From NCBI GenBank assembly GCA_016713125.1, contig JADJPT010000014.1:5083-69082 (forward strand): DNA of 64,000 nucleotides, given 5' to 3'. The translations under genes were made by a program, and so were the position numbers. Each line of letters starts with the position of its first letter. Positions within the stretch are counted from its first letter, which is position 1. Below the pieces are notes generated by a model. It was not told where the DNA came from and ran no database searches. It saw only the letters and a program-made list of their open reading frames with translations. Source of the stretch: Betaproteobacteria bacterium. GTDB lineage: Bacteria > Pseudomonadota > Gammaproteobacteria > Burkholderiales > SG8-39. This document shows, piece after piece, positions 52,554 through 63,785 of the stretch.

Positions 52554-54659
52554 GCCGCCGCCTCTCGCGCTGCGGCGCTCGTTCGCCCCGGGCCGTGTTT
52601 CAGGTCGAGACGCAGGTCCGCCGCGAGGCCCTGCGGCACCTGATGCGCGATGTACAGGATGCCGGCCCGGTCCTTGAGCCGATTCACAGTCTGCGCGAAG
52701 CGCTCGGCGGTCTCGACGTCGAGGTTGGACGTTGCCTCGTCGAAGATCAGGATGCGCGGCCGCCGGATCACCGCGCGCGCAATCGCCAGGCGCTGCTTCT
52801 GCCCGCCGGAAAGCCCCACGCCATGTTCGCCCAGACGCGTGTTGTAGCCTTGCGGCAGCGCCTCGATGACATCGTGCAGCTCGGCGATGCGGCACGCATG
52901 CACGGCGTCCTCGAAGCCCGCCTGCGGATTGGCCGCCACCAGGTTCTCGTACACCGTGCCCGAGAACAGCACCGTTTCCTGGGGCACCACGCCGAATCCT
53001 GCACGCAACTCATTGGCCGCCAGATGGCGCAAATCTCGGCCGTCGAGCAGTATGCGGCCCTCGCTTCAGGGCGGATAGAAGCCGAGCAGCAGGCGCGCCA
53101 GCGTGCTCTTGCCGCTGCCCGAAGGACCGCACAGCACCACCAGCTTGCCGGACTCGAGCTCGAGATGCAGCCCGCGAAACAGATAGGGCTGCGCAGCGCC
53201 GTAGCGAAATCCAAGATCCGAGATCAGCAATCGGCTGGCCGCTTGGGGCGCCTGCGCGGGCTGCACGGCTTGCGGCTCCGGCGCCACGTCCATGACGTCC
53301 GCCAGGCGGCGCACCGCAATGCCGGCCTGCTGGTACTCCTGCCACAACCCCGCCAGGCGCAGCACCGGCTGGGAGAGACGCCCGGCGAACATCTGAAACG
53401 CCACCAGCATGCCGATGGTGAAGCCCGTATTCTGCATGACCAGCATGGCACCGGCGCACAGGATGGCAAGCGTCATGGCCTGCTCCAGCGCGGTGGCCAG
53501 CACGTTGTAGCCGCTGGAAAGTCGCCGCGTCGCGAAGCCAGCCGCCAGGGATTCAGCGAGCAGCGCGTCGTAGCGCGCCTGCAACTGCGGCTCCATCTGC
53601 AGGGACTTCACGGTTTCGATGCCGGACAAGTACTCGGTGGCAAAGGCCTGATTGCGGGCTCCGAGCAGAAACTGCCTGTTGAGCCGCTCGCGGAGCATGG
53701 GCGTCACCAGCAGGCTGGCCGCAGCGATCAACACCAGCAGGGGTCAGCGCGATCAGGGTCAGCTGCCACGAGTACCAGTACATGGCGACCAGGAACACCA
53801 GCAGGAAGGGCAGATCGAGAAGCGCCGTGACGGCCGCACCCGCCAGAAACTCGCGCAGGGTCTCGACCGCATGCAGCCGCGCCACCAGCGTACCGGTGGG
53901 CCGTTGTTCGAAGTACTGCAGCGGCAGACGCAGCAGATGCCGGAACAACTGGCTGCCCAGCACCGCGTCGACGCGATTTCCGGTGTGCAGAACCAGGTAC
54001 TGGCGCAGCCAGCTCAGCAAGGCGCCGAACACCAGGAACAGCGCGAGGCCGACCGCGATGGCGGCCAGCGTGCTCTGCGTGTGATGCACCACCACCTTGT
54101 CGATCACCACCTGCGTGAACAGAGGCGTGGCCAGTGCGATCAGCTGGATCGCCAGCGAAGCCAGCAGCACGTCGTGCCACACGCGCCGATGGCGCAACAG
54201 CTCCTTGGCGAACCAGCGATACCCGAAACGGTGCGTTTCGGCCGCCTCACCCGGTTCGGCGTCACGCGCATCCGGCTCGCGCGCGATCGTCCAGCCGGTT
54301 GGTTCGAGGCGTGCGGCGAAACCCGCACGCGATTCGGTCTGCGCTGCGGCCTCCCCGGCGCGGAAGTACATGATGCGTGCGGCGTCGGCGCGCACGATCA
54401 GCAACGGTTCGCCTACGCTCTCGCAGCTACGCTCGAAGGCGACAACGGGAAACACCGCGTGGCTGGATTCGAGGTCCGCAGTTCCGACTTCGTGGAAACG
54501 CAGGCTCAGCAGCCCGCCGGCATCGAGCAGGCTGTACATGGAGTACGGCGGCGGAAACTGTTGCAGCACCAGGGAAGGATCCCAGGGGATGCGGTGCAGG
54601 CGGCACAGGCTGCCGAGCAGCCAGACGAACGCATCGCGCGTCAACGACTGCCCGGTCAT
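52550..54659 (-). pseudogene. HlyB-type type I secretion ABC permease/ATPase with N-terminal C39-like domain; one frameshift (about 53742) and one in-frame TGA (53066-53068)
   Basis: The start MTGQSLTRDAFVWLLGSLCRLHRIPWD follows an AGGAGG motif. The TMD up to WQLTLIAL is in ORF 53553..55868(-). It continues as LLVLIAAASLLVTPML...[20 protein letters not shown] in ORF 53066..53734(-). A TGA follows, and the same frame resumes as [21 protein letters not shown]...LSGGQKQRLAIARA...LIFDEATSNLD (ORF 52550..53032). Confidence 0.85.
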
Positions 54660-54844
54660 CAGGCCGGCCTCCTGGTCGGACCCGACGGCGGCCGCCCGCA
54701 TTCGATCGCGCTTCTCGACACCCCGGCCCTCCGTATGGGCGCAAGCTAGACTGGAGCCTGCCTCAAGCGCCGTACGGAGAAAATAGAACCAATGGCCTAG
54801 CGGCCTGTGGATAAGACCGGGCGGGCGAACCCGGCCCGCCCGGC

Positions 54845-56043
54845 TCAGTCCAGCCCGTGTGCCAGATCGCGCTTCAGATCTTCGACCGACTCCAGCCCGA
54901 CGGCCAGGCGGATCAGGCCCTCGGAAATCCCTGCCGCGGCACGCGCCTCGGGAGTGATGCGCCCATGCGTGGTCGTTGCCGGATGCGTGATGGTGGTCTT
55001 GGTGTCGCCCAGATTCCCGGTGATCGAAATCAGGCGCGTCGAGTCGATCACCTTCCAGGCCGGTTCGCGACCACCCTTTACAACGAAGCTGACTATGGCG
55101 CCGCCGGCCTTCTGCTGGCGCCGGGCAAGCGCATGCTGCGGATGCGATTCGAGAAAGGGGTAGTAGACGCGCTCCACCTTCGGATGCGCCTCCAGCCAGC
55201 GCGCGACCTCGAGGGCGGCCTGCGACTGGGCCTGCATGCGCAATTGCAGAGTCTCCATGCCCTTCAGGATCACCCAGGCATTGAATGGCGAGAGCGTCGG
55301 ACCGGCCGTGCGCAGAAAGCCGAAGATGCCGTCCATGACGATGGCCTTGGGACCGACCACGGCCCCGCCCAGAACGCGGCCCTGCCCGTCCAGGTACTTG
55401 GTGGCCGAATGTATCACCAGGTCGGCACCGAAATCGATCGGCCGCTGCAAGGCCGGGCTGCAAAAGCAGTTGTCGACGGCCAGCAATGCGCCCACGCGCT
55501 TGGCGACCGCGGCGATCGCCGCGATATCGGATATCTGGGTAAGCGGATTGGACGGCGTCTCCAGGAAGAACAGCCTGGTCCTGCCCGGCTTGACGGCCTT
55601 CTCCCACTCCGCGATGTCGGTGGGCGAAACGTAGGTGGTTTCCACGCCGAACCGGCCGAGGATGTTCGAGTACAGCTGCACCGTCAACCAAACACAGCGT
55701 TGGAGCACACCACGTGATCGCCGGCCTTGAGCAGCGCCATCGACATGGCGAGGATGGCCGACATGCCGGACGCCGTGGCCACGCAGGACTCTCCACCTTC
55801 CAGCGCGGCCAGCCGCTCCTGGAATACGCTGACGGTGGGATTGGTGAAGCGTGAATAGACGAAGCCATCCTGACCGCCCGTGAAGCGGCCGCAGGCCTCG
55901 GCGGCGGACTCGAAAACGAAACTCGAGGTCAGGTACAGGGCCTCGGAGTGCTCGTTGAACTGGCTGCGGCGTATGCCGGCGCGCACGCCCAGGGTGGAAA
56001 TGTCGTACTGCTCTTCGCTGCGATCTTCGTTGTGATCGTTCAT
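54845..56043 (-). pseudogene. metZ: O-succinylhomoserine sulfhydrylase MetZ, frameshifted near 55684-55689
   Basis: The N-terminal 119 codons, MNDHNEDRSEEQYDISTLGVRAG...HVVCSNAVFG, are in ORF 55684..56109(-). The rest, (S)TVQLYSNILGRFGVE...HSATKYLDGQGRVLGG...LIRLAVGLE, is in ORF 54845..55708(-). The junction ggttgacggtg would be in frame as ggt tcg acg gtg. Confidence 0.85.
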
Positions 56044-56229
56044 CTTCGTACTTTCATGGTCGGCGGACGAAAAAAAACCCGGGCCTCGCGGACCGGGTCT
56101 TTTCGGCACGCTTTAGCAGGATTTGTTACGCGCCCGCAAGCTGTAGCTCAAATCGGCGCGAAAAAACAATTTTACCTCTGCCGCGCGGACCACGTCAAAG
56201 CGTGCTGCGCGACCCGCTTGCCCGGCGAT

Positions 56230-57750
56230 TCAGCCCGCCGTCACCAGATTCAGGTCGAGTTGCGCGCTGTCGCCGTCGTCCTCGGCGTCGCGCGCGGCAT
56301 CGCGCTTGACCTCGATCGCGTTGAGATAATCGCTGGTCACGTCGCCGGTGATGTACTGGCCGTCGAAACACGAGGTCTCGAAACGCGTGATCTTCGGATT
56401 CACCTTGCGCACGGAGTCCTTGAGCGCGTCAAGATCCTGGTAGATCAGAGCGTCGGCACCGATCTCGCGCGCCACTTCGTCCTCGGTGCGACCGGAGGCG
56501 ATGAGTTCCGAACGCGATGGCATGTCGATGCCGTAAACGTTGGGAAAACGCACCGGCGGCGCCGCCGAAGCGAAGTAAACCTTGGTGGCGCCCGCCTCGC
56601 GCGCCATGTTGACGATCTCCTGGCTGGTCGTGCCGCGCACGATGGAGTCGTCGACCAGCAGCACGTTCTTGCCCTTGAACTCCATGCCGATGGCGTTCAG
56701 CTTCTGGCGCACCGACTTCCTGCGCACAGCCTGGCCGGGCATGATGAAGGTACGGCCGATGTAGCGGTTCTTGACGAATCCTTCGCGGTAGGCGACGCCC
56801 AGGCCCTGGGCGAGCTGCATGGCGGAAGGCCGGCTGGAATCCGGGATCGGGATCACCACGTCGATCTTGAGATGGCCGTACTGGCGACGGATTTTCTCGG
56901 CCAGCTTCTCACCCATATTCAGTCGCGTCTCGTAGACCGATACGCCATCAATCAGCGAATCGGGGCGGGCAAGATAGACGAACTCGAAGATGCAGGGGTT
57001 CAGCGAGACATTCTGCGCGCACTGCTGGCTGTGAAATCGCCCCTCCTCGTCGATGAACACGGCCTCGCCGGGCGCGATGTCGCGCAACACGCGAAAACCC
57101 AGTGCGTCGATCGCCACGGATTCCGACGCCACCATGTACTCGGGGCCGCTGTCGGTCTCGTTCACGCCTATCACCGCAGGACGAATGCCGTAGGGGTCGC
57201 GAAAGGCAAGCACCCCGTAGCCGGAGATCATCGCCACCACGGCGTAGGCGCCCTTGCAGCGGCGATGCACGTTGCTCACTGCCGTGAACATGGTCTGCGG
57301 GTCGAGACGCAACTTGACCGAGGCCTTCTCGAGCTCGTGCGCGAGCACGTTGAGCAGCACCTCGGAATCGGAGTCGGTGTTGATGTGCCGCAGGTCCTGG
57401 CGGAACATCTCCTCCTTCAATTCGCTGGCGTTGGTCAGGTTGCCGTTGTGGCCCAGCACGATGCCGAACGGCGAGTTGACGTAGAAAGGCTGCGATTCGG
57501 CCGAGTTGGACGCCGAGCCGGCAGTCGGGTAGCGGCAATGTGCGATGCCCATGTTGCCGGGCAGTGAACGCATGTTTCGGGTGCGGAATACGTCTCGCAC
57601 CTGACCATTGCCCTTCTGCATGTAGAAGGACTTGTGCTCGCTGGTGACGATGCCCGCCGCATCCTGACCGCGATGCTGCAGCAGCAGCAACCCGTCGTAC
57701 AGGAGCTGGTTGACCGGGGAATGGGCGACGATGCCGAGGATGCCACACAT
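56230..57750 (-). CDS. purF: amidophosphoribosyltransferase
   Basis: Within ORF 56230..57780(-). The start is MCGILGIV (catalytic Cys after Met), and the sequence is PurF-like along its full length. Confidence 0.97.
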   Translation of the reverse strand: MCGILGIVAHSPVNQLLYDGLLLLQHRGQDAAGIVTSEHKSFYMQKGNGQVRDVFRTRNMRSLPGNMGIAHCRYPTAGSASNSAESQPFYVNSPFGIVLGHNGNLTNASELKEEMFRQDLRHINTDSDSEVLLNVLAHELEKASVKLRLDPQTMFTAVSNVHRRCKGAYAVVAMISGYGVLAFRDPYGIRPAVIGVNETDSGPEYMVASESVAIDALGFRVLRDIAPGEAVFIDEEGRFHSQQCAQNVSLNPCIFEFVYLARPDSLIDGVSVYETRLNMGEKLAEKIRRQYGHLKIDVVIPIPDSSRPSAMQLAQGLGVAYREGFVKNRYIGRTFIMPGQAVRRKSVRQKLNAIGMEFKGKNVLLVDDSIVRGTTSQEIVNMAREAGATKVYFASAAPPVRFPNVYGIDMPSRSELIASGRTEDEVAREIGADALIYQDLDALKDSVRKVNPKITRFETSCFDGQYITGDVTSDYLNAIEVKRDAARDAEDDGDSAQLDLNLVTAG

Positions 57751-57776
57751 GGGTAGGGACTCCGGGCGGCTAGGTG

Positions 57777-58268
57777 TCAATCATAGCGCAGGCGCTGCGC
57801 GAGCGAATCAGGTAACCAGGGCTTTAGCAGCAAGGCGGCTCGCACCAGCGGCTCGCCGCTGGCCGAATCCTTCCAGAACGGCATGCGCGGCGCGCTCGTG
57901 AGGCCGGCCAACAGCGCGGCGGCAAGCACGATGATCAGACCTCGCGCCAGGCCGAACAAGGCCCCCAGGGCCTTGTCCATGGCGCCCAACCCCACCACCT
58001 TCATGAGTTTGGAGAGCAGCAGCCCGACCAGCGAAGAGACGATCAGCACCACGACGAACACGGTCACGAAGCCGACCAGCACGCGCATGGCCTCGCCCGG
58101 CACGGCCTGCGGCAGGTGTGCAGCGAGCGGACCGGCGAACAGGTTGGCGGCCAGGAAGGCGATGATCCAGCCGCCCAGCGAGATCAGTTCGCGGACCACG
58201 CCGCGCAGCATGCTCCAGATCACGGAAACGAGGAGTACGCCGATCACCGCGTAATCGAGCGTCGTCAT
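57777..58268 (-). CDS. cvpA: colicin V production protein CvpA
   Basis: ORF 57777..58268(-), 163 aa. It is a 4-TM protein with the typical N-terminus [24 protein letters not shown], located between dedD-like and purF (conserved synteny). Confidence 0.9.
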   Translation of the reverse strand: MTTLDYAVIGVLLVSVIWSMLRGVVRELISLGGWIIAFLAANLFAGPLAAHLPQAVPGEAMRVLVGFVTVFVVVLIVSSLVGLLLSKLMKVVGLGAMDKALGALFGLARGLIIVLAAALLAGLTSAPRMPFWKDSASGEPLVRAALLLKPWLPDSLAQRLRYD

Positions 58269-58278
58269 TGCAAAACGG

Positions 58279-59016
58279 TCACTTTGCGACCGGATTGGCC
58301 GGGCTCAGACCCAGCGCCTTGGCGCTGTCGCGCGCCTTCTCGGCCGCTTCCTTCGAGGCGTAGGGGCCGAGACGGATTCGCGTCACCGAGCCCTTGGCGG
58401 TCGCCACGGGCTCCGTGTAATGCGTGATCCTCGCCCCTTTGAGCTTGTCTGCGATCTCGCGCACCTTGTCGGCATCGGCGAAAGCGCCCACCTGCACGTA
58501 GAACTGCTCCCCGGCTGCCGCCGGCTTGGCGACCGGCTTCTCCGCAGGCTTTTCCACGGGTTTGGCGGCGGACTTTTCTGCCGGCTTGGCCGCCTCCTGC
58601 CTGGCAGCCGGCTTCTCGGCCGGCTTTTCGGCCGGCTTCTCCACCGGCTTCGCCGATGCGGGCGCAGTGACGGGCTGGGCAACGGCAGGTGCGGCGGGCT
58701 TCGCGACCTCTGCAGGCTTGGCGGCTTCGACGGACTTGTTCGCGGCTTCTGTCGCCGGCCTGGGTTCCTCCACCCTGGGCAGCGGCGCGCTCGCGGACAC
58801 GCTGCCTTTGGGCACCACTTTCCGCACGCACTTGCTGTCTTCATCGCCCGGAACGCGCACACCCACCGGCGGCGGCGCGGGCTTGGGATCCGGATCGAGC
58901 CCCATCGGCAGCACGATCACTGCCAGCAGCACCAGCGCGATCGCGCCGACCAGCCGACGGCGGCCGCGGCGCTGCAAGGTACCTACATCCTGGGGAACTT
59001 CGTTGCGGTCGGCCAT
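58279..59016 (-). CDS. SPOR domain-containing cell-division protein (DedD-like)
   Basis: ORF 58279..59016(-), 245 aa. It has an N-terminal TM segment, a Pro/Ala/Lys/Glu linker with KPAEKP repeats, and a C-terminal SPOR domain (FYVQVGAFADADKVREIADKL...IRLGPYASKEAAEKA). Confidence 0.8.
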   Translation of the reverse strand: MADRNEVPQDVGTLQRRGRRRLVGAIALVLLAVIVLPMGLDPDPKPAPPPVGVRVPGDEDSKCVRKVVPKGSVSASAPLPRVEEPRPATEAANKSVEAAKPAEVAKPAAPAVAQPVTAPASAKPVEKPAEKPAEKPAARQEAAKPAEKSAAKPVEKPAEKPVAKPAAAGEQFYVQVGAFADADKVREIADKLKGARITHYTEPVATAKGSVTRIRLGPYASKEAAEKARDSAKALGLSPANPVAK

Positions 59017-59034
59017 GATCTCAGCGTATTACGG

Positions 59035-60297
59035 TCAGTTTCGGGCCTGCAGATGAGCCATCACATCGGAGACGGTCAGGAAGGATCCGAAGACGACAAT
59101 TTTATCACTCTCCCCCGCTCCCTCCCGCGCTGCGTCATAGGCATTTGCCGGCGTTTCATGCAAGGTCACCGGGACTTTCACGCCCTCGGCGGCCAGTATC
59201 TCGGCCAACTCGCTTGCCGTTGTCCCGCGCGGTCCGTCCAGGGTCGCGAGGTGCCAGGCAGTGATGCGCGGCGCCAGCGCCCGCACCACGCCGCCGATGT
59301 CCTTGTCGCGCAACGCGCCAAACACCGCGGCTGTCTCGGGTGCGAAGCCGCTGTTGAACAGATTGTCCGCCAGCACGCGCGCAGCCTGCGGATTGTGCGC
59401 AACGTCGAGGATCACGCTGGGACGGCCGGGCAGCACCTGGAAACGCCCGGGAATCGTCACTTCTGACAGGCCGCGCCGTATGTCCTGCATGGACACCGGC
59501 AGACGACTGCGCAGCCCATCCAGCGCAGTGATGGCGGCAGAGGCATTGACCAGTTGCACCGGTCCGCGCAGTGCCGGATAGGCCAGTCCCGGACGCTTTC
59601 CGAAAGGCCCCCAGTACAGCCATTGCGAGTTGTCGGCGGCATAGCCGAAATCCCGGCCTATGCACAGGGCCTGCGCGCCAATGGCCGCGGCCGCTTCCAG
59701 CACGCCGGTGGGCGGTTCGAGATCGGCGACCACCGCCGGGCGTCCGGCGCGGAAGATGCCGGCCTTCTCGCGGCCGATGTGTTCGCGCGTCGGCCCAAGC
59801 CAGTCCATGTGGTCGAGGGCCACACCGGTCAGCACGGCGCAGTCCGCATCGAAGGCGTTAACTGCATCCAGCCGGCCGCCCAGTCCCACCTCCAGCACCC
59901 AGGCATCCAGCGGTTCGCGTGCGAACAGCCAGGCGGCGGCCAGCGTGCCGTACTCGAAGTATGTCAGCTGCACCTCGCCGCGCGCGGCTTCGACCGCGGC
60001 GAAGGCCTCGCACAGGGCGGCGTCGGCGACCTCCCGCCCGTCCAGGCGCACGCGCTCGTTGTAGCGCAGCAGATGCGGCGAGGTGTACAGCCCGGTGCGG
60101 TAGCCTGCGCAGTTCAGGATGCTCTCCAGCATCGCGCAGGTCGAGCCCTTGCCGTTGGTGCCCGCCACGGTGAAGATCGGCGCGCGATGACGCAGCTCCA
60201 GTCTGTCGAGCACCGCAAGCACGCGGTCCAGGCCCAGAGCGATGGCCGAGGGATGCTGGCGCTCGACGAACGCCAGCCATTCTTCCAGGGTGCGCAA
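59035..60297 (-). CDS. folC: bifunctional folylpolyglutamate synthase / dihydrofolate synthase
   Basis: ORF 59035..60297(-), 420 aa. P-loop VAGTNGKGST, and FolC-like throughout. Confidence 0.95.
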   Translation of the reverse strand: MRTLEEWLAFVERQHPSAIALGLDRVLAVLDRLELRHRAPIFTVAGTNGKGSTCAMLESILNCAGYRTGLYTSPHLLRYNERVRLDGREVADAALCEAFAAVEAARGEVQLTYFEYGTLAAAWLFAREPLDAWVLEVGLGGRLDAVNAFDADCAVLTGVALDHMDWLGPTREHIGREKAGIFRAGRPAVVADLEPPTGVLEAAAAIGAQALCIGRDFGYAADNSQWLYWGPFGKRPGLAYPALRGPVQLVNASAAITALDGLRSRLPVSMQDIRRGLSEVTIPGRFQVLPGRPSVILDVAHNPQAARVLADNLFNSGFAPETAAVFGALRDKDIGGVVRALAPRITAWHLATLDGPRGTTASELAEILAAEGVKVPVTLHETPANAYDAAREGAGESDKIVVFGSFLTVSDVMAHLQARN

Positions 60298-60303
60298 GCG
60301 CGG

Positions 60304-61179
60304 CTAGTTGGAGGAAGGCTCGGCCGGCAGGCCCTGCAGCAGGGCGAGCAGCGAGGCGAGCTTGTCGCGCATCTGGCGGCGGTCGACGATCATGTCGATC
60401 GCGCCCTTCTCGAGCAGGAACTCGGAACGCTGGAAGCCCTCGGGCAGCTTCTGGCGCACGGTCTGCTCGATCACGCGCGGACCGGCGAAGCCGACCAGCG
60501 CCTTGGGCTCGGCAATCACCACGTCACCCAGGAAGGCGTAGCTTGCCGACACGCCGCCGGTGGTCGGGTCGGTCAGCACGGAGATGAACGGCAGGCCTCG
60601 CTCGCCCAGGTCGGTCAGCGCGGCGGTGGTCTTGGCCATCTGCATCAGCGAGCTCAGGCCTTCCTGCATGCGCGCCCCGCCGCTGGAGGTGAACACGATG
60701 AACGGCAACTTCTGTTCGATCGCCACGCGCACACCTCGCACGAAACGTTCGCCAAGCACCGAGCCCATGGTACCGGCCATGAAGTCGAATTCGTGGGCCG
60801 CGGCCACCACGCCGATCGACTTGATCGAACCCTGCAGGACGATCATCGACTCGGTCTCCCCGGTATTCTCCTGCGCCTCGGACAGGCGCTCAGGGTAGCG
60901 GCGCGAATCCTTGAACTTCAGACTGTCTACCGGCAGCACCTCGGCGCCGATCTCGAAACGGCCGTCCTCGTCTAGCAGGCCTTCGAGCCGTGCCCGCGCG
61001 CCGATGCGCTGGTGATGTCCGCACTTCGGGCAGACATTGAGATTCTTCTCCAGGTCCGTGCTGTAGAGCACCGCGTCGCAGGACGGGCACTTGGTCCACA
61101 GTCCCTCGGGCATCTGACGACGCGCGCCGCCCTCTGCGCGCTTGATCTTGGGCGGAAGAAGTTTCTGCAGCCAGCTCAT
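60304..61179 (-). CDS. accD: acetyl-CoA carboxylase carboxyltransferase beta subunit
   Basis: Within ORF 60304..61425(-). The start is [13 protein letters not shown]. It has the zinc ribbon CPSCDAVLY...CPKCGHH and a carboxyltransferase domain. Confidence 0.95.
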   Translation of the reverse strand: MSWLQKLLPPKIKRAEGGARRQMPEGLWTKCPSCDAVLYSTDLEKNLNVCPKCGHHQRIGARARLEGLLDEDGRFEIGAEVLPVDSLKFKDSRRYPERLSEAQENTGETESMIVLQGSIKSIGVVAAAHEFDFMAGTMGSVLGERFVRGVRVAIEQKLPFIVFTSSGGARMQEGLSSLMQMAKTTAALTDLGERGLPFISVLTDPTTGGVSASYAFLGDVVIAEPKALVGFAGPRVIEQTVRQKLPEGFQRSEFLLEKGAIDMIVDRRQMRDKLASLLALLQGLPAEPSSN

Positions 61180-61180
61180 G

Positions 61181-61979
61181 TCAGGCGTCCAGCGCAGCCC
61201 GGATCGGGCGCAGCAGATCCTTGACGCGCGCCGTGGCGTCGCCGCCCGCGGCCGATTCGATCTCCTGGATGATGCGGCTGCCGATGACCACGGCGTCGGC
61301 GATCTTTCCGATCGCCACCGCGGATGCCGCGTCGCGGATGCCGAAGCCGACGCCGATCGGCAACCTGGAGGCCGCGCGCAGTTTGGGCAGATGCGCGGCC
61401 ACGTCCGAGGTATCGATGCTGGCACCTCCGGTGACGCCCTTCAGCGACACGTAGTAAAGGTAGCCGCTGCCCACTTTCGCCACTGCGCGTATCCGCGCAT
61501 CCGTGGAGGTCGGCGCCAGCAGGAAGATCGGGTTGAGACCGTGCTTCGCGCACAGCGCGGTGAAGTCCTCGCATTCCTCGGGCGGGTAATCCACGACGAT
61601 CACGCCGTCGACTCCAGCCCCGGCGGCCTCGGCGACGAAAGCGTCCACACCCATGGCTTCGATCGGATTGGCGTAACCCATCAGCACGATGGGCGTATCC
61701 GCGTCACGGCTGCGGAACTCGCGCACCATGCGCAGCACGTCCTTCAGGCCCACGCCATGTCTTCAATGCCCGCTCGGCCGCGCGCTGAATCGCCGGGCCG
61801 TCTGCCATGGGATCGGAGAACGGCACGCCGAGTTCGATGATGTCGCAGCCGCTCTCGACCAGGGCGTGCATCATCGGCACCGTGCTCGCCGGGCCGGGGT
61901 CGCCGGCCATGATGTAGGGGATCAGCGCCTTGCGTCCGGCTGCGCGCAGGGCCTCGAAGCGTTGCGGGATGCGCGACAT
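61181..61979 (-). pseudogene. trpA: tryptophan synthase alpha subunit, frameshifted near 61758-61763
   Basis: The N-terminal part, [28 protein letters not shown]...[25 protein letters not shown], is in ORF 61704..61979(-). The rest, (H)[15 protein letters not shown]...[10 protein letters not shown]..., is in ORF 61181..61753(-). The junction ttgaagacatggcgtg has one extra base relative to ttg aag cat ggc gtg. The 799-nt span equals 266 codons plus 1 nt. Confidence 0.9.
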
Positions 61980-63178
61980 CAGAACTGGATCCCGGACTTC
62001 AGCGACACGGTATGCATGTCCTTGTCACCGCGTCCCGAGAGATTGACCAGGAGGATCTTTTCCTTCGCCATGCCCGGGGCGATTTTCGCCGCATGTGCCA
62101 GCGCATGCGAGGACTCCAGCGCCGGGATGATGCCCTCGTAGTGGCACAGGTCGTGAAACGCCTTGAGCGCCTCGTCGTCGGTGACACCCACGTACTGGGC
62201 GCGACCGCTGTCCTTCAGCCAGGCGTGCTCGGGGCCGACGCCGGGGTAGTCCAGCCCCGCGGAAATCGAATGCGTCTCGATGATCTGGCCGTTCTCGTCC
62301 TGCAGCAGGTAAGTGCGGTTGCCGTGCAGGACACCGGGACGGCCCGCCGACAGCGACGCTGCGTGCTTGCCGGTGGCGAGGCCTTCCCCCGCCGCCTCGA
62401 CGCCGATCAGGCGCACGCCCTCCACCGGGATGTAGGGATAGAAGATGCCCATGGCGTTGGATCCGCCGCCCACGCAGGCGATCACGGCGTCCGGCTGGCG
62501 CCCGACCATCTCGGGAACCTGCCACTTGCACTCTTCGCCGATCACCGAATTGAAGTCACGCACCATCATCGGATACGGGTGCGGGCCGGCGACGGTGCCG
62601 ATGATGTAGAAGGTGTCGTCGACGTTGGTGACCCAGTCGCGCATGGCTTCGTTGAGGGCGTCCTTGAGCGTCTTGGATCCCGATTCCACCGGCACCACCG
62701 TGGCGCCCAGCAGCTTCATGCGATAGACGTTCTGCGCCTGGCGCTTGACATCCTCGGAGCCCATGTAGACCACGCATTTCATGCCGAAGCGCGCCGCCAC
62801 CGTGGCACTGGCCACGCCGTGCTGCCCGGCGCCGGTTTCGGCAATCACGCGCGGCTTGCCCATGCGCCGCGCCAGCAGCGCCTGACCTATGGTGTTGTTG
62901 ATCTTGTGTGCGCCGGTGTGGTTCAGGTCCTCGCGCTTGAGGAAAATCTGCGCGCCACCGAGCAACCCGGACCAGCGCTTGGCGTGGTACACCGGGCTCG
63001 GCCGGCCGACGTAGTGCTTAAGTTCGCTTTTGAACTCGGCCACGAATTCCGGGTCTTCCCGGTACTTCGCATAGGCGGCGCGCAGTTCCTCCAGGGCGTG
63101 GCTCAGTGTCTCGGAAACGAAGGAGCCACCGTACGGACCGAAATGACCGTTCGCGTCGGGCAAGTCATACATCTGCAT
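61979..63178 (-). CDS. trpB: tryptophan synthase beta subunit
   Basis: Within ORF 61979..63298(-). The start is [25 protein letters not shown]. The PLP-lysine region HTGAHKINN is present. The stop overlaps the trpA start (TGATG). Confidence 0.97.
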   Translation of the reverse strand: MQMYDLPDANGHFGPYGGSFVSETLSHALEELRAAYAKYREDPEFVAEFKSELKHYVGRPSPVYHAKRWSGLLGGAQIFLKREDLNHTGAHKINNTIGQALLARRMGKPRVIAETGAGQHGVASATVAARFGMKCVVYMGSEDVKRQAQNVYRMKLLGATVVPVESGSKTLKDALNEAMRDWVTNVDDTFYIIGTVAGPHPYPMMVRDFNSVIGEECKWQVPEMVGRQPDAVIACVGGGSNAMGIFYPYIPVEGVRLIGVEAAGEGLATGKHAASLSAGRPGVLHGNRTYLLQDENGQIIETHSISAGLDYPGVGPEHAWLKDSGRAQYVGVTDDEALKAFHDLCHYEGIIPALESSHALAHAAKIAPGMAKEKILLVNLSGRGDKDMHTVSLKSGIQF

Positions 63179-63785
63179 GCTGAACCTCTTGGATGAACGC
63201 GGCGATTTTCGCCGCGTCTTTGATGCCTTTGGCGGATTCGACTCCGCTGGAAACGTCCACTGCCCAAGGCCGGATGCGCCGCACGGCTTCGCGCACATTA
63301 TCGTGCGTGAGGCCGCCGGAGAGTACCAACGGTCTGCCCCGCTGCGCCGGGATCAGGTCCCAATCGAAGCTCTGTCCCGCACCACCGTAGCCCTCCACCC
63401 AGGCATCCGCCAGCCAGCCTGCGGTATCGGGATAAGCGCGGAAGTATTCTAGCAAATCGACACCCGCCTTCACCCGGCAAGCCTTGATATAAGGCTGGCC
63501 GAAGCCGGCGCAAAACGCCTGCGGCTCCTCGCCGTGGAACTGGAGCAGGGCCGGCCGCACCCGCTCGATCACGCTGCGCACCTCGGTCTCGGCGGGATTC
63601 ACGAACAGGGCCACCGTCTGCACAAACGGCGGCAGGGCGTCGCGTATGGCGGCCGCCCGGTCGAGCGAGACGTTGCGCGGGCTGGGTCCGTAGAACACCA
63701 GGCCTATGGCATCGGCTCCGGCTCGCGCAGCCGCTTCGGCGTCCTGCGGCCGCGTGATTCCGCAGATCTTGACCCGCGTCCTCAT
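63165..63785 (-). CDS. trpF: phosphoribosylanthranilate isomerase
   Basis: Within ORF 63165..63863(-). The start is [31 protein letters not shown], which is typical of TrpF. Confidence 0.93.
   Translation of the reverse strand: MRTRVKICGITRPQDAEAAARAGADAIGLVFYGPSPRNVSLDRAAAIRDALPPFVQTVALFVNPAETEVRSVIERVRPALLQFHGEEPQAFCAGFGQPYIKACRVKAGVDLLEYFRAYPDTAGWLADAWVEGYGGAGQSFDWDLIPAQRGRPLVLSGGLTHDNVREAVRRIRPWAVDVSSGVESAKGIKDAAKIAAFIQEVQHADV

Noticed and set aside
53066-53068. The in-frame TGA in the T1SS ABC gene read as possible selenocysteine or programmed readthrough.
   Set aside because: ABC-transporter NBDs are not known selenoproteins. I see no SECIS-like hairpin immediately downstream. The same gene also carries a frameshift, so a nonsense mutation or sequence error is far more likely.
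57777-58268. cvpA (colicin V production) lying near two bacteriocin-type exporters, as possible evidence of a functional link.
   Set aside because: cvpA sits in its universally conserved dedD-cvpA-purF context. The name is historical, and there is no evidence here linking it to either export locus.
58400-58760. Pro/Ala/Lys/Glu repeats (KPAEKP, KPVEKP) on the minus strand.
   Set aside because: This is the ordinary low-complexity periplasmic linker of a SPOR-domain (DedD-like) protein, in conserved folC-dedD-cvpA-purF synteny.
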